Notes under the pieces: model-generated
What the model was told of the DNA's origin: nothing
The model's input: only the letters and a program-made list of their open reading frames with translations
Database searches by the model: none
NCBI GenBank assembly: GCA_963675745.2
Contig: CAXXWX010000019.1
Location: 96,001 to 160,000, forward strand
DNA length: 64,000 bases
DNA from: Phycisphaerae bacterium
GTDB taxonomy: Bacteria; Planctomycetota; Phycisphaerae; UBA1845; Fen-1342
Direction: 5' to 3'
Part shown: positions 21,584 to 30,450 of the stretch, piece by piece
Position numbering within the stretch: the stretch's first letter is position 1
Layout of the letters: each line of letters begins with the position of its first letter
Position numbers and translations under genes: made by a program

Positions 21584-22480
21584 TCACCGCCGACCTGCGG
21601 TGATGAGTGCAATGCCCGCCAAAAGAAGGATGGCCGCGGACGGCTCGGGAAGGAACGTGATTCCTGCTATCGTCTCGCTACCGGTGTAGAGCTGCTCGAT
21701 GCTGTTGGGGTCGCCGAAGGTGCCGCGTTGAATGCCGCCGCCATAGGTCCAGATAATCTTGTCGTTCAGGTAGTCGTAGGTGAGGTCGCGCAGCGTTGGG
21801 ATGAACTCGCCGACGTAGAAGAATTCTCGATTCGAGCCGTTGAGATTGGAGCGGACGACGTGTTCGTCTTCGGTCCAGAACACCTTGTCGTGGATCAGGT
21901 CGAGCGTGACGCCACCCCACCAATGGTCGCGGCTGTACAGGAACTCGATGTTGGTGCCATCCAGGTTACTGCGTTTGAAGGAGCCGGACTCAACCCAGTA
22001 GAGCTTCTCGTGGATGTAGTCGACCGCCACCCCATCGCCGGTGTTGTCCGTGTAGGCGAGGATCTGCTCGTCCGTGCCGTCGAGATTGGCGGAGCGAATC
22101 GACGAGATTGAGAGATCCGTATTGGCTGAGTAGTACATTCGCCCGCCGATTGGGTCGATGGACACGTCCGCTGGAGTGGGTGTCTGTATCGCGACATCCA
22201 AACCGGTTCCATCCTGCTGGATACAGTGGATCTTGTTGTGCAGTCGCTCGATGAAATAGAGCTCACCGCCGACCGGATCGACGTCCATCCCCCAGTAGAG
22301 GCGGCTGCCATGCGAGTGGATCGACTGGGCGCTGCCGCCGTCGGCATCCATGCGGTAGATGTGGTCGAACAGACCGTCCTCGGTGAAGAAGATCGTCCCG
22401 GGGTCGGCGTCGGCCGCAGCAGCCGTCACGGCGAGCAACAGGCTCGCGAGCAAGGCGTAGTGACGTGAGTGAGCACGCAT
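21584..22480 (-). CDS. Secreted YWTD-like beta-propeller protein with PEP-CTERM
   Basis: Signal peptide, LYW/RSNLDG repeats, LPEPSAAILLLAG..RR tail. Confidence 0.85.
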   Translation of the reverse strand: MRAHSRHYALLASLLLAVTAAAADADPGTIFFTEDGLFDHIYRMDADGGSAQSIHSHGSRLYWGMDVDPVGGELYFIERLHNKIHCIQQDGTGLDVAIQTPTPADVSIDPIGGRMYYSANTDLSISSIRSANLDGTDEQILAYTDNTGDGVAVDYIHEKLYWVESGSFKRSNLDGTNIEFLYSRDHWWGGVTLDLIHDKVFWTEDEHVVRSNLNGSNREFFYVGEFIPTLRDLTYDYLNDKIIWTYGGGIQRGTFGDPNSIEQLYTGSETIAGITFLPEPSAAILLLAGIALITAGRR

Positions 22481-22779
22481 TATAGGGCCCCAACTCGCGG
22501 GTCTACCCGCGTTACCCGCCGGCTTAGTTATCGAGCCGTACGCTATCGCGCCGGACTTCCGCCGATGCACATCGTCGCCTCTTGAGATGGTACGCCGGTG
22601 AGGGCGTGGTTTTCAAGCGGCTTCCTGGCGCCATGGTGCCGTTTCTGGACAGCCCGCCGGTTTCGCCTTGCCATAGGCCATCGTGCCCGAGGCGCTGGAT
22701 GGCCGCTTCGAACCGTTAATGAACCACCTTTCCCTCTCCAGCTGCGCTCTCTCATCGAAACACGCCGGGCCTCCCCTAC

Positions 22780-22990
22780 GCCGGCGCCTTCCAGCGAGCC
22801 GCTCAGATCCTGGCCCCAGGTGTATTTGCGCATGATTTCGTCGCCGTCCGTGCCGTCGAGTTCCAGCACCGGCCGCCAGCCATGGCGGATGAACTCGCGG
22901 TCAGCCGTCGTGGTCCACGCGCCGCTTGCGCACGTCTCGACCACCTTCCACACCCGGCGACCCAGATAGTCGTAGGTGAATGTCACGCGA
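22780..22990 (-). pseudogene. Short Rhs core fragment
   Basis: FTYDYLGRR...GWRPVLELDG...KYTWGQDLSGSLEGAG. Confidence 0.75.
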
Positions 22991-23183
22991 ATACTGCCTT
23001 GAGCGGCCAATGTGTGACATCTTAGCCGGGACCTGAGGCCGAAAACGCCGCTCTGGGACGGTTCCTCCCTGTCACACCTTTCCGCTCCTGGTGGTAGCTC
23101 CCTTGAACTCCAGGGAACAGACACTCTGCAGCCCACTTTCCGCCTACTCGCAGAGTGACGCGTATACGGCGGCCGCACAGATG

Positions 23184-23873
23184 TCATGAACCCTCGTGCC
23201 AAACATGCAGGCCAGCCTTCACGCGTAGTCGAGGCCCCTCTACGAAGTGTGGCGCCGTCTGGTTAGGAGGACCGACCAATAGGCCCCAATGTCCAAACCC
23301 GCCGCCCCACACTATGGCTGTCCAGCCCTCGGGCAATGCACACACTTCGGCAGGAGCCCACTCACGGACAGGACCGGGAAGGCCATTCGGATCGACCACG
23401 ACTGTGGAGTCGCCGATACGATCTCGCCACGCTCGGATGACCTCCGTATCGACATTCCGTGTCGCCCAATCCCTGACTCCACGCAGAAACGGCCTTGATG
23501 AAGGTTCTCGCGACATGTACAGCACGCCGATGGAAACAGCTGCCCCCACCAGCAGAATCGTCACGCATAGACGTCGCCCTCCGGCGTTGCGGCCTTCTCC
23601 ACCACCAATTACGAGCGCAACTGCGAGAGTCAAAGGAAGCAATGGCGAAAGAGCAGCAATGACAAACGGGAAAAGGGCCTTCCACACGGACTTGCTTCCG
23701 AAGGTCAAGTGGGTCAGCCCTTCGCGATATTGAATGTCAATGCTCCAAATGACGCACCCAACCGCAAACGCCACGCTAGCGATCGACGCGACGCCCGCGA
23801 TCGCCAACCTCCTCTTCGTCGGTGCCGAAATCGTACGTTCCGTGTTCGCTGAATCTTTGGGTGTGTCCATCAT
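23184..23873 (-). CDS. Membrane protein, putative immunity protein of the Rhs tip
   Basis: About 3 TM segments, AGGAG RBS, lower GC, directly downstream of the Rhs tip. Confidence 0.55.
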   Translation of the reverse strand: MMDTPKDSANTERTISAPTKRRLAIAGVASIASVAFAVGCVIWSIDIQYREGLTHLTFGSKSVWKALFPFVIAALSPLLPLTLAVALVIGGGEGRNAGGRRLCVTILLVGAAVSIGVLYMSREPSSRPFLRGVRDWATRNVDTEVIRAWRDRIGDSTVVVDPNGLPGPVREWAPAEVCALPEGWTAIVWGGGFGHWGLLVGPPNQTAPHFVEGPRLRVKAGLHVWHEGS

Positions 23874-23937
23874 CAACTCGCTCCTGGCCGAATGGTGTTG
23901 CCAAGTATGTCCACGCGGCCGCGCTGTTTGACGAGTA

Positions 23938-25224
23938 TCAGCGAATCGGATGAGGGCGCGCTGGCGGCGCTGGCGGTGCGGGCGGCGGGAACGTCATGCC
24001 TCCATAATGTCCTCGAAGAGTCTCGCCGGTCTTTTGTGAGCATGGATCGCACTCCAATATCCCGAGCACTCTCGCCGGTACCGGATCTCCAAAGTAGCCT
24101 CGCCCTGTCCACATAAGCGCCCCCGGCCGGTAGGCATTGTATCTCCACCACTTCCAGAGGGTTACCGTGTTAACAGCCATGCTTAGCGAATTACCACATT
24201 GCCTATTAACTAATCCCCACAAGTAGTAGTTGACCTCAGTTGCCTTGAAGCAACGTCCATCCACTGTTACCGTCCCTGCGCAGCTTTCGCTGGGACACTT
24301 CCCCACCGGCTTTATGGTCGGAGCACCCAGATGGGTTATATCCCAACCACCCGCACTATAGACCGCCTCGCAGACGCTCGTTTTTTGTTTCGTCGTCATT
24401 CCATCGAACTGATCCTCAATTGTTGAGCGCATGGTCTTGAGTGCATCAGTAATATCGGGGCCACAATAGTCGCAGCAGCCCATGAGCCCTAGCAGATCCG
24501 ACTCGGACAAAGGCGCGTTGTGGACGAACAAGTATAGATTGCTTGCATCCAGTTCACCAATCGGATCCGTCGTCAGCCAGCGCCCCAACCACGGCAAGTA
24601 GTACCGATAACCGTAGTACACCAGCCCCGTCTCGTCGTCGTGCCACTTTGTGCTGAAGCGGAACGGGTTTGTGTCGGCGTAGGCGCCGTCGCTGTGCAGG
24701 ACCGTGCCGTAGGGCGAGTAGCGGTAGTTGGCGGCGAGCGACCATGTGAACGCCGGCGTGGCGTATTCGACGACCTGGCCGACGTTGCCGAGGGCGTCGT
24801 AACAGTAGAGGTACGTCTTGTCGTCGGCGGTCGTGGCTGTGCCCTGCGTGTCGAGGGTAGCAAGCAAGCCACCGATGCCGCCGAGGCCTGACCGGTTGGA
24901 AACCGGTCCCACAAGACTTGACCGGTTGGAAACCGGTCCCACATGGTAGGAAGATGCCTGGCCTCCGGATTGACCAGCCAGGTCCAGTCCCCAGGTGTAC
25001 TTTCGAATGGCGGGCGGGACGCCTGCCCCACGCTTATTCAGTCCGTCGAGCTCCATGATCGGTCGCCAGCCGTCGTGGATGAGCTTCGTCAACGCCGTCG
25101 GGTTGTTCGGATCCCATGCACCGCCGCCGGCGTTCGGGTCCCACGGCACCGTCGCCGTGGCGTTCCACGCCGACGTGCCGGTGTTCCAATCGTACACGAT
25201 CTTCGCGGTCCGGCGGCGTGCCAT
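23938..25224 (-). CDS. Rhs core with Cys-rich C-terminal toxin-like tip (unit B)
   Basis: NPFRFSTKWHDDETGLVYYGYRYY, DLLGL boundary, about 180-aa low-GC tip. Confidence 0.85.
   Translation of the reverse strand: MARRRTAKIVYDWNTGTSAWNATATVPWDPNAGGGAWDPNNPTALTKLIHDGWRPIMELDGLNKRGAGVPPAIRKYTWGLDLAGQSGGQASSYHVGPVSNRSSLVGPVSNRSGLGGIGGLLATLDTQGTATTADDKTYLYCYDALGNVGQVVEYATPAFTWSLAANYRYSPYGTVLHSDGAYADTNPFRFSTKWHDDETGLVYYGYRYYLPWLGRWLTTDPIGELDASNLYLFVHNAPLSESDLLGLMGCCDYCGPDITDALKTMRSTIEDQFDGMTTKQKTSVCEAVYSAGGWDITHLGAPTIKPVGKCPSESCAGTVTVDGRCFKATEVNYYLWGLVNRQCGNSLSMAVNTVTLWKWWRYNAYRPGALMWTGRGYFGDPVPARVLGILECDPCSQKTGETLRGHYGGMTFPPPAPPAPPARPHPIR
24889..24943. repeat. Two REP-like palindromes TGACCGGTTGGAAACCGGTCCCACA in frame within Rhs
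   Basis: Identical 25-mers at 24889 and 24919; variant copy at 20941-20963. Confidence 0.8.
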
Positions 25225-25370
25225 GGAATTGAACCCCCTTGCGCAGCAGATCGACCGAGCATCCTGGGCGCGAGGCAAGCCAGCAGCCACGCCGGCGAGT
25301 CATGCCCGGTGCGGGCATTCTGCGCTGCGGTCGGCGTATCCCAAAACGTAACGGAGAGGGCGGGATTCGA
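24982..25370. repeat. ~390-bp direct repeat, copy B
   Basis: Matches 20977-21364. Confidence 0.95.
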
Positions 25371-25438
25371 ACCCGCGGATAGGTTGCCCTATCACCGGTT
25401 TTCGAAACCGGCCCCTTCAGCCACTCGGGCACCTCTCC
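25352..25438 (-). tRNA. tRNA-Ser(CGA)
   Basis: GGAGAGG acceptor stem, CCGGT-TTCGAAA-ACCGG anticodon arm, long variable arm, GGTTCGAATCC; CCA not encoded. Confidence 0.97.
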
Positions 25439-25447
25439 AAGGCAGTT

Positions 25448-25489
25448 TTGACCTAAACCCTTGACCTAAACTCCACCCTCTGCTATGGT
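25448..25489 (+). promoter_or_regulatory. Putative integrase promoter overlapping the direct repeat TTGACCTAAAC x2
   Basis: TTGACC (25461)-17 bp-TATGGT (25484) with extended TG; repeats at 25448 and 25461. Confidence 0.55.
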
Positions 25490-25533
25490 GTTTCCCGCAC
25501 TGAGAGCCAGGACAGAAGGACGGAGTATCAGCC

Positions 25534-27015
25534 ATGGCACGTCCTCGCATATGGGTCAACCGGCACGGAAAACCCGTTAAGACGAACACCGGCATATCCT
25601 TCAATAAAGCACGGCGCAGATTCTACATTATCCGATCCGATGGGAAGCGCCAAGAATTCAGAACTTGGGAAGACGCCCGCGCTGGACTCGCCACTGAGAA
25701 GGCCAACTCGATTCCAACCGAGGAACTCGCTCGCATAGCGGCTGTCGCCCGGTACCGAAGTGACCTCGCCCATGAAGCGTTGTACGGCGACGCGCGATTC
25801 CATGAGATTCTCGACGAAATGACGATCGGAGGGCCGCAAATCGTCCAGTCAGTTTCCCACGCTGAAGCTGTCGTGGGCTTCGCGGAAGCCGCGAACACCT
25901 TGGCCGATCAAGTCGATGTGCCGCGAATGAAGATCGGCGTTGACCCCGTCACACCGATTGGCGGCCCGCGCCTCCGTGATGTCATCCAGAAATGGAAGCA
26001 ACACAAGGTCGAGGAGGCCGGGGGGCGCACGACCCGGCATCACGGGGATGGTGAGCGATTGTGGGGCGAGTTCGTCAAGCAGGTCGGGAATCTGTTCATC
26101 GCCCAACTAAGCCCAGCCCACTTTCGCACGTTCCACTCGTGGGTCGCTCGTGAGGGCGCAAAGCACAGCCCCAAGTGGCAGGGCAGCCGCGTCGCTATTG
26201 TAAAGGGGGTTCTACGGTTCGTTCGCAAGCGGTATCCTGAATGGCCGTGGCCCGTGGGGATCTTGGAGTGGGCCGACAGCTACATGGTCAGGCCTTACCG
26301 GTCGCCTGCGGTGAACCGTGAGCCCATGCCAGCCAAGACGTTCGCCGCTCTTGTCGAACAGTGCCGCACGTGGACGCACATCAGCACTACAGCACACGAC
26401 GCCACGACACAGAGCGGAAGGGCAAAGCGACTACAGGCCATCAGAACACGCCGAGACGGGTGCCAATTCGAGGCGATTTTGCGCTTGGGGCTAAATTGCG
26501 GCCTCGATCCGGTCGACATCGAACGGCTCACGTGGAACGACCTCCGGCTCACCGCCGCCACTCCTCACATGCGGTTCGCCCGCCGCAAGATCGAGCGCGC
26601 GGTCGGCATGGCTGTCGAGCGGATTACACCGCTACTACCAAGTACGGTTGAAGCCGTGGAGCGGTGGCGGTCTGGTGGTGAGCCACATGGTGAATGGGTC
26701 TTCCGGACGGCCCGTGCTGGACGGTACTCGCGAAATCGTGTGGCCCAAACGATGAAGCGGCTACGCGAAGAATCAGGCGTCGACGGAAGTTGGTCGTTCA
26801 AGCATCTGAGAAACGTCGGCCCGACCCTGGCTCGGCGGGCGCGGCTATCGAACGACGAGCGCGAGGCATTCCTCGGGCACGTTGTCGGCGGGACATCCAG
26901 ATTCTACGAGGGGGATGTCGACGAAACGTACCTGATTCCGCTCGTCGATCTGATCGGCGAGCAGTACTTCGACGGCGAGAAGGTGGAAGCTGGCCCAGGT
27001 GGCACAATCCAGTAG
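25534..27015 (+). CDS. Tyrosine recombinase/integrase-like protein
   Basis: ILRLGLNCGLD..DIERLTW, FKHLR, FLGH, RFY; adjacent to a tRNA. Confidence 0.8.
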   Translation: MARPRIWVNRHGKPVKTNTGISFNKARRRFYIIRSDGKRQEFRTWEDARAGLATEKANSIPTEELARIAAVARYRSDLAHEALYGDARFHEILDEMTIGGPQIVQSVSHAEAVVGFAEAANTLADQVDVPRMKIGVDPVTPIGGPRLRDVIQKWKQHKVEEAGGRTTRHHGDGERLWGEFVKQVGNLFIAQLSPAHFRTFHSWVAREGAKHSPKWQGSRVAIVKGVLRFVRKRYPEWPWPVGILEWADSYMVRPYRSPAVNREPMPAKTFAALVEQCRTWTHISTTAHDATTQSGRAKRLQAIRTRRDGCQFEAILRLGLNCGLDPVDIERLTWNDLRLTAATPHMRFARRKIERAVGMAVERITPLLPSTVEAVERWRSGGEPHGEWVFRTARAGRYSRNRVAQTMKRLREESGVDGSWSFKHLRNVGPTLARRARLSNDEREAFLGHVVGGTSRFYEGDVDETYLIPLVDLIGEQYFDGEKVEAGPGGTIQ

Positions 27016-27135
27016 GCGAAAACGACATGGATGCTCGCCGACCACAGTATTGGCATCTTCCGACTGGCACGTGAAACGCAACGCACACGTGGTGGCCGAT
27101 GCGTGCTCGGCGATCGAGCAAGCGTACTTCGGCGT
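27016..27135 (+). pseudogene. Possible eroded C-terminus of a second integrase paralog
   Basis: With one frameshift reads MLADHSIGI/SDWHVKRNAHVVADACSAIEQAYFG, paralleling FLGH...RFY...IGEQYFDG of the upstream integrase. Confidence 0.4.
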
Positions 27136-27683
27136 AGCCGAAGCGGGGGAAGAAGGGCAGCGATAAGGCGGGGGAGCCACGTTTCGATCTGGGCGCAGGC
27201 GTCCGCGGTTCGGTGGTAGACGGCCGCACGAGGTCATCAGTTTCGTGCATCCAGATCTGCAACGCTTCGATCAGGCCCCGGGCTCGGCGACGAATTTTCG
27301 CCCCGGCGATCCTAGTCGCTGATACCCGCTTGCCCGCGAGAATCCGGCTACTACAAATGCGACGACGATAGCCAGAAAAAGAGCAGCAAGCCCAAGAAGC
27401 CCGACACACGGAACACGGCAAAGACGTGTTACTTCTGCCGCATCTGCCTCCGGCACCGGGATAGTGGGTCGGGAGCCGGGCAGAGTAGCACGGGCGCGCG
27501 GGCAAGACCACAGCTCTCCAGGCCCAGGCAGATATGGGCCGAGTTGGACTCCTGAGGTCTCCCTCATGCACGCGGTCGCGCAGCGTAACGGGTTGCGCCA
27601 TGTCCAGCAGGCTTGCGGGTCACGTCAGCAGAGCCCTACACTCGCGGGGGCTGCCCGGCGTCACGACCAGGGCCGATCACTGT

Positions 27684-27699
27684 GCGTAACGCGTTACGC
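27684..27699. repeat. Perfect palindrome GCGTAACGCGTTACGC (copy 1)
   Basis: 14-bp core recurs at 31936 and 43885. Confidence 0.9.
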
Positions 27700-29382
27700 T
27701 ATCCGCCCATACCACGGCCACAGATAGTCATACTCCGGTTTCGCCCTAAGCTCCGCCCGGAATACGCTCAGCATGTCGGACAGCTTCTGCAGCAGCAGAA
27801 GGTTGCCTGACTCTGTCCTCAGCTGCTGCACCGGGTGCCGGGTTACATATTGCTGCTCAAGAGCCGGTTCGTAGTTGTGAAGCACCATGATGTTTCGCGA
27901 CCACGCCGGACGGAACGCCACCGCCAGCTGCGGCCTGAAAGGGATGCCCAGTTCGACGTGCCGCCAGCGGCACTCGCGGGGGAGCTTCCGCGGGACCACG
28001 CTGGAATACTTGTGCCAGAGCGCACGACACGCCCCGCTCGTGCGCCCTGGGTTGTCCTCGTCACCGAGGATCATGTCGTCGAGGGGATTCTCCTCCAGCC
28101 AGGCCTGATCGGGAAAGCCGCCGTCCAGTTCGACGTCGTAGTCGCGGCAGGCGAAGAACGAAACGGGGAGGGACAGCTCCTCCGCAACGTCCCGCGGATG
28201 CAGAAATTGGACGCCCTCGCCCCACTCACGCTCGACGCCCACGTCGTTCCTGAACCACTTAATCATCGGCGGCGTGAAGTCCAGGTGCTTGAGAATCTGC
28301 TTTGACACGTAGTCGTTGAAATACACCTGCTTCTTCACGCCGAACCTCGCGTGCTCTCCCGCGGTCGCGGCCGATGCACAACTGAGAGGGTACTTAATCG
28401 GCGGCGGAAACTCCGAGGGGCGGGCTTTGATGAACGCGCGCCAAGCTCCGAGCGGCTGCACTCGCTTGCGACGCAGCTGCAGCACGGGCTCGAACACCTC
28501 AGGCGGCAGGTCTACAAGGAACTGCGCGCGGTAAGGGAACGCCTTCGCCAGCATCCCAAGGAGTGTGCGGGGGCCAAACTGCGGCACGTTGTGCCATCGC
28601 TTTTGCACCCCAGCCGTCCATTTGATTCGCCAGCCGCGATCGAAGCGCGGCTGGGGTTGGTCAAGATGTACGGCGTCGTCGGTCATACCGAGCACGGCAA
28701 CACGGATGACGTACTCGACGTCACCGCTGGTCTGTTGGCGGGGAAATACGTCCACGAACGCGACGCCGTCTCGAATACCGCCCGCCCGTTGGGCTTTTTG
28801 CACGCAGCGATCACCATCAAGCAGCTGGGCGACCCGCCGCTCCAGGATCCCGGCGTCGGCGTGGCCCTTTGGCAATGGCACGGTGATCTCCACCTCGCCG
28901 AGCGCGAGCCTCGCCTTTGGCTTTTTCCGCTTCGGTGCTTCGCGGCGGGCGTGCAGGGCAGGTTGCACCGCGTGGTGCCAGATAATTCTCGCAAGGTACA
29001 GATGTCGGCGGAACCAGCACCACGGGCAGCCGACGTAGCGGCAGTGCCGGTTGTGGTTCTCGCCGGGCGTGTTACACGTCAGCAACTGCTCGGCGCGCGA
29101 CGGCGTCAGCAAGCCATGCTCTTCCCACCGTCGAACCTGTCGCCGCCAGAGAGAGCGGACGCCGCTCACCAGTACCATCCACTTCTTGGGGTTGTCCCGC
29201 TGCACGTATGGTAACACCCGTTTGAGGTACTCGACGAGCAGCAGGCAGCGGAACAGCGTGAACCGGACGCCTTGCTGGTCGAGGTGCGTGGGCTTGCGCG
29301 GCGACTGTATTGAAAGCCGCCGAAATGGCCGCGCGTCGGGCTTGCGCGCTTGCACCTGTGTCTGGTATGCTGGGAACGGCAT
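27694..29382 (-). CDS. Hypothetical basic protein with C..C..CPxC zinc finger, possibly Rep-like
   Basis: 562-aa ORF with RBS; AEQLLTC-x10-CRYVGCPWC..RR motif; divergent from the helicase operon. Confidence 0.55.
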   Translation of the reverse strand: MPFPAYQTQVQARKPDARPFRRLSIQSPRKPTHLDQQGVRFTLFRCLLLVEYLKRVLPYVQRDNPKKWMVLVSGVRSLWRRQVRRWEEHGLLTPSRAEQLLTCNTPGENHNRHCRYVGCPWCWFRRHLYLARIIWHHAVQPALHARREAPKRKKPKARLALGEVEITVPLPKGHADAGILERRVAQLLDGDRCVQKAQRAGGIRDGVAFVDVFPRQQTSGDVEYVIRVAVLGMTDDAVHLDQPQPRFDRGWRIKWTAGVQKRWHNVPQFGPRTLLGMLAKAFPYRAQFLVDLPPEVFEPVLQLRRKRVQPLGAWRAFIKARPSEFPPPIKYPLSCASAATAGEHARFGVKKQVYFNDYVSKQILKHLDFTPPMIKWFRNDVGVEREWGEGVQFLHPRDVAEELSLPVSFFACRDYDVELDGGFPDQAWLEENPLDDMILGDEDNPGRTSGACRALWHKYSSVVPRKLPRECRWRHVELGIPFRPQLAVAFRPAWSRNIMVLHNYEPALEQQYVTRHPVQQLRTESGNLLLLQKLSDMLSVFRAELRAKPEYDYLWPWYGRIA

Positions 29383-29395
29383 TATTCTTGTCCTT

Positions 29396-29850
29396 CGGCG
29401 TCGCGGCTCTCACGGAAATGTGGTCGCGACGCCGTTTTTCAAACTTGCCTGCCCGCATCGACGCGAGGCAGGTATGCACTCATAACCGTACACAGTCGCG
29501 GGGCCGTGTGTCAAAAATGGGGGCTACAGTATCTCAGTTCTGTGGACGTGCTGGCGTCCTCGACGGTCGGGCGATCCGTGCTCTTTAATGCAGCGGGGTT
29601 ATCAGTGTCCTCGCCGCAGCGGGATCTCAGTGCTCTTCAATGTCGCGGCGGCATTGGGGGCCTCGGCGGCGTAGCTGAGCATCTGAATGATGGACGATCA
29701 CCATATACTCGCCTGGCGAGGACCATATAGACTCACCAGGCGACCGCAGGTCACCTGGGGGATGTCTTCAGAGCAAGCTCTCCGAACGATAGTGAGGAGA
29801 GCGAAGATGTACAAAGTACATACTCGAAGAGTATGTACGTAAGTACTTCT
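29396..29850. other. Hairpin-rich non-coding spacer, candidate origin/regulatory region
   Basis: Perfect GTACATACTC-GAA-GAGTATGTAC (29816-29838), GCTCTCC..GGAGAGC, GGCGTCGCG..CGCGACGCC and other inverted repeats. Confidence 0.5.
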
Positions 29851-30090
29851 AGTCATTTCCGGCGATTCGGCATGGCCATCTGCATGGGGGCCATCCAAGC
29901 GGCGGCATCCGCACGCTGGGAGGTTTTTCCAGACTTTTTTGAGTGCGCGGACACCTCCGGTTTCACCAGTACAAACGCCGTTTCTGGCTCGCCGACGGGG
30001 GTTACCAGTTGTTGCCGCAAGTATTGCGAGCAAATGTGGATTTGCGCATTCCTCAAAGCTGACGTAGGCTTTCTGAAGGGGGATGTGAGG

Positions 30091-30447
30091 ATGCGCATGA
30101 CTGCCAGTGGCGAACTCATAGACTGGCTCAATCGACGGATCGTACGGCGGCTGGCGACGGAGGCCATGGCAGCGGCGACCGGTGATCGGCCACTGTGGAC
30201 GCGTAAATGTCGGCTGCTGCTCACCGGGCGCACCATCGTGGAGGTTGAGCGGGCCGCCGGGTGGCCGGCGGGGCGACTGAGCTGGAGCCTCAGCACCGGT
30301 TCCCGGCCGAGGATCGAACGCGGCTTGGCGCTGGCGGCGGCGCTCGGCGTTGCTCCCGAATACCTGTTCGATGATGCAGTCTTACTTGAGAATGTGGCCG
30401 GATATGCCACCACGGCCAGGCAGCGTAACGCGGCGCACGAGGACTAG
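30091..30447 (+). CDS. Small XRE/Cro-like HTH protein
   Basis: SRPRIERGLALAAALGVAPEYLFD C-terminus typical of XRE. Confidence 0.6.
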   Translation: MRMTASGELIDWLNRRIVRRLATEAMAAATGDRPLWTRKCRLLLTGRTIVEVERAAGWPAGRLSWSLSTGSRPRIERGLALAAALGVAPEYLFDDAVLLENVAGYATTARQRNAAHED

Positions 30448-30450
30448 ACG

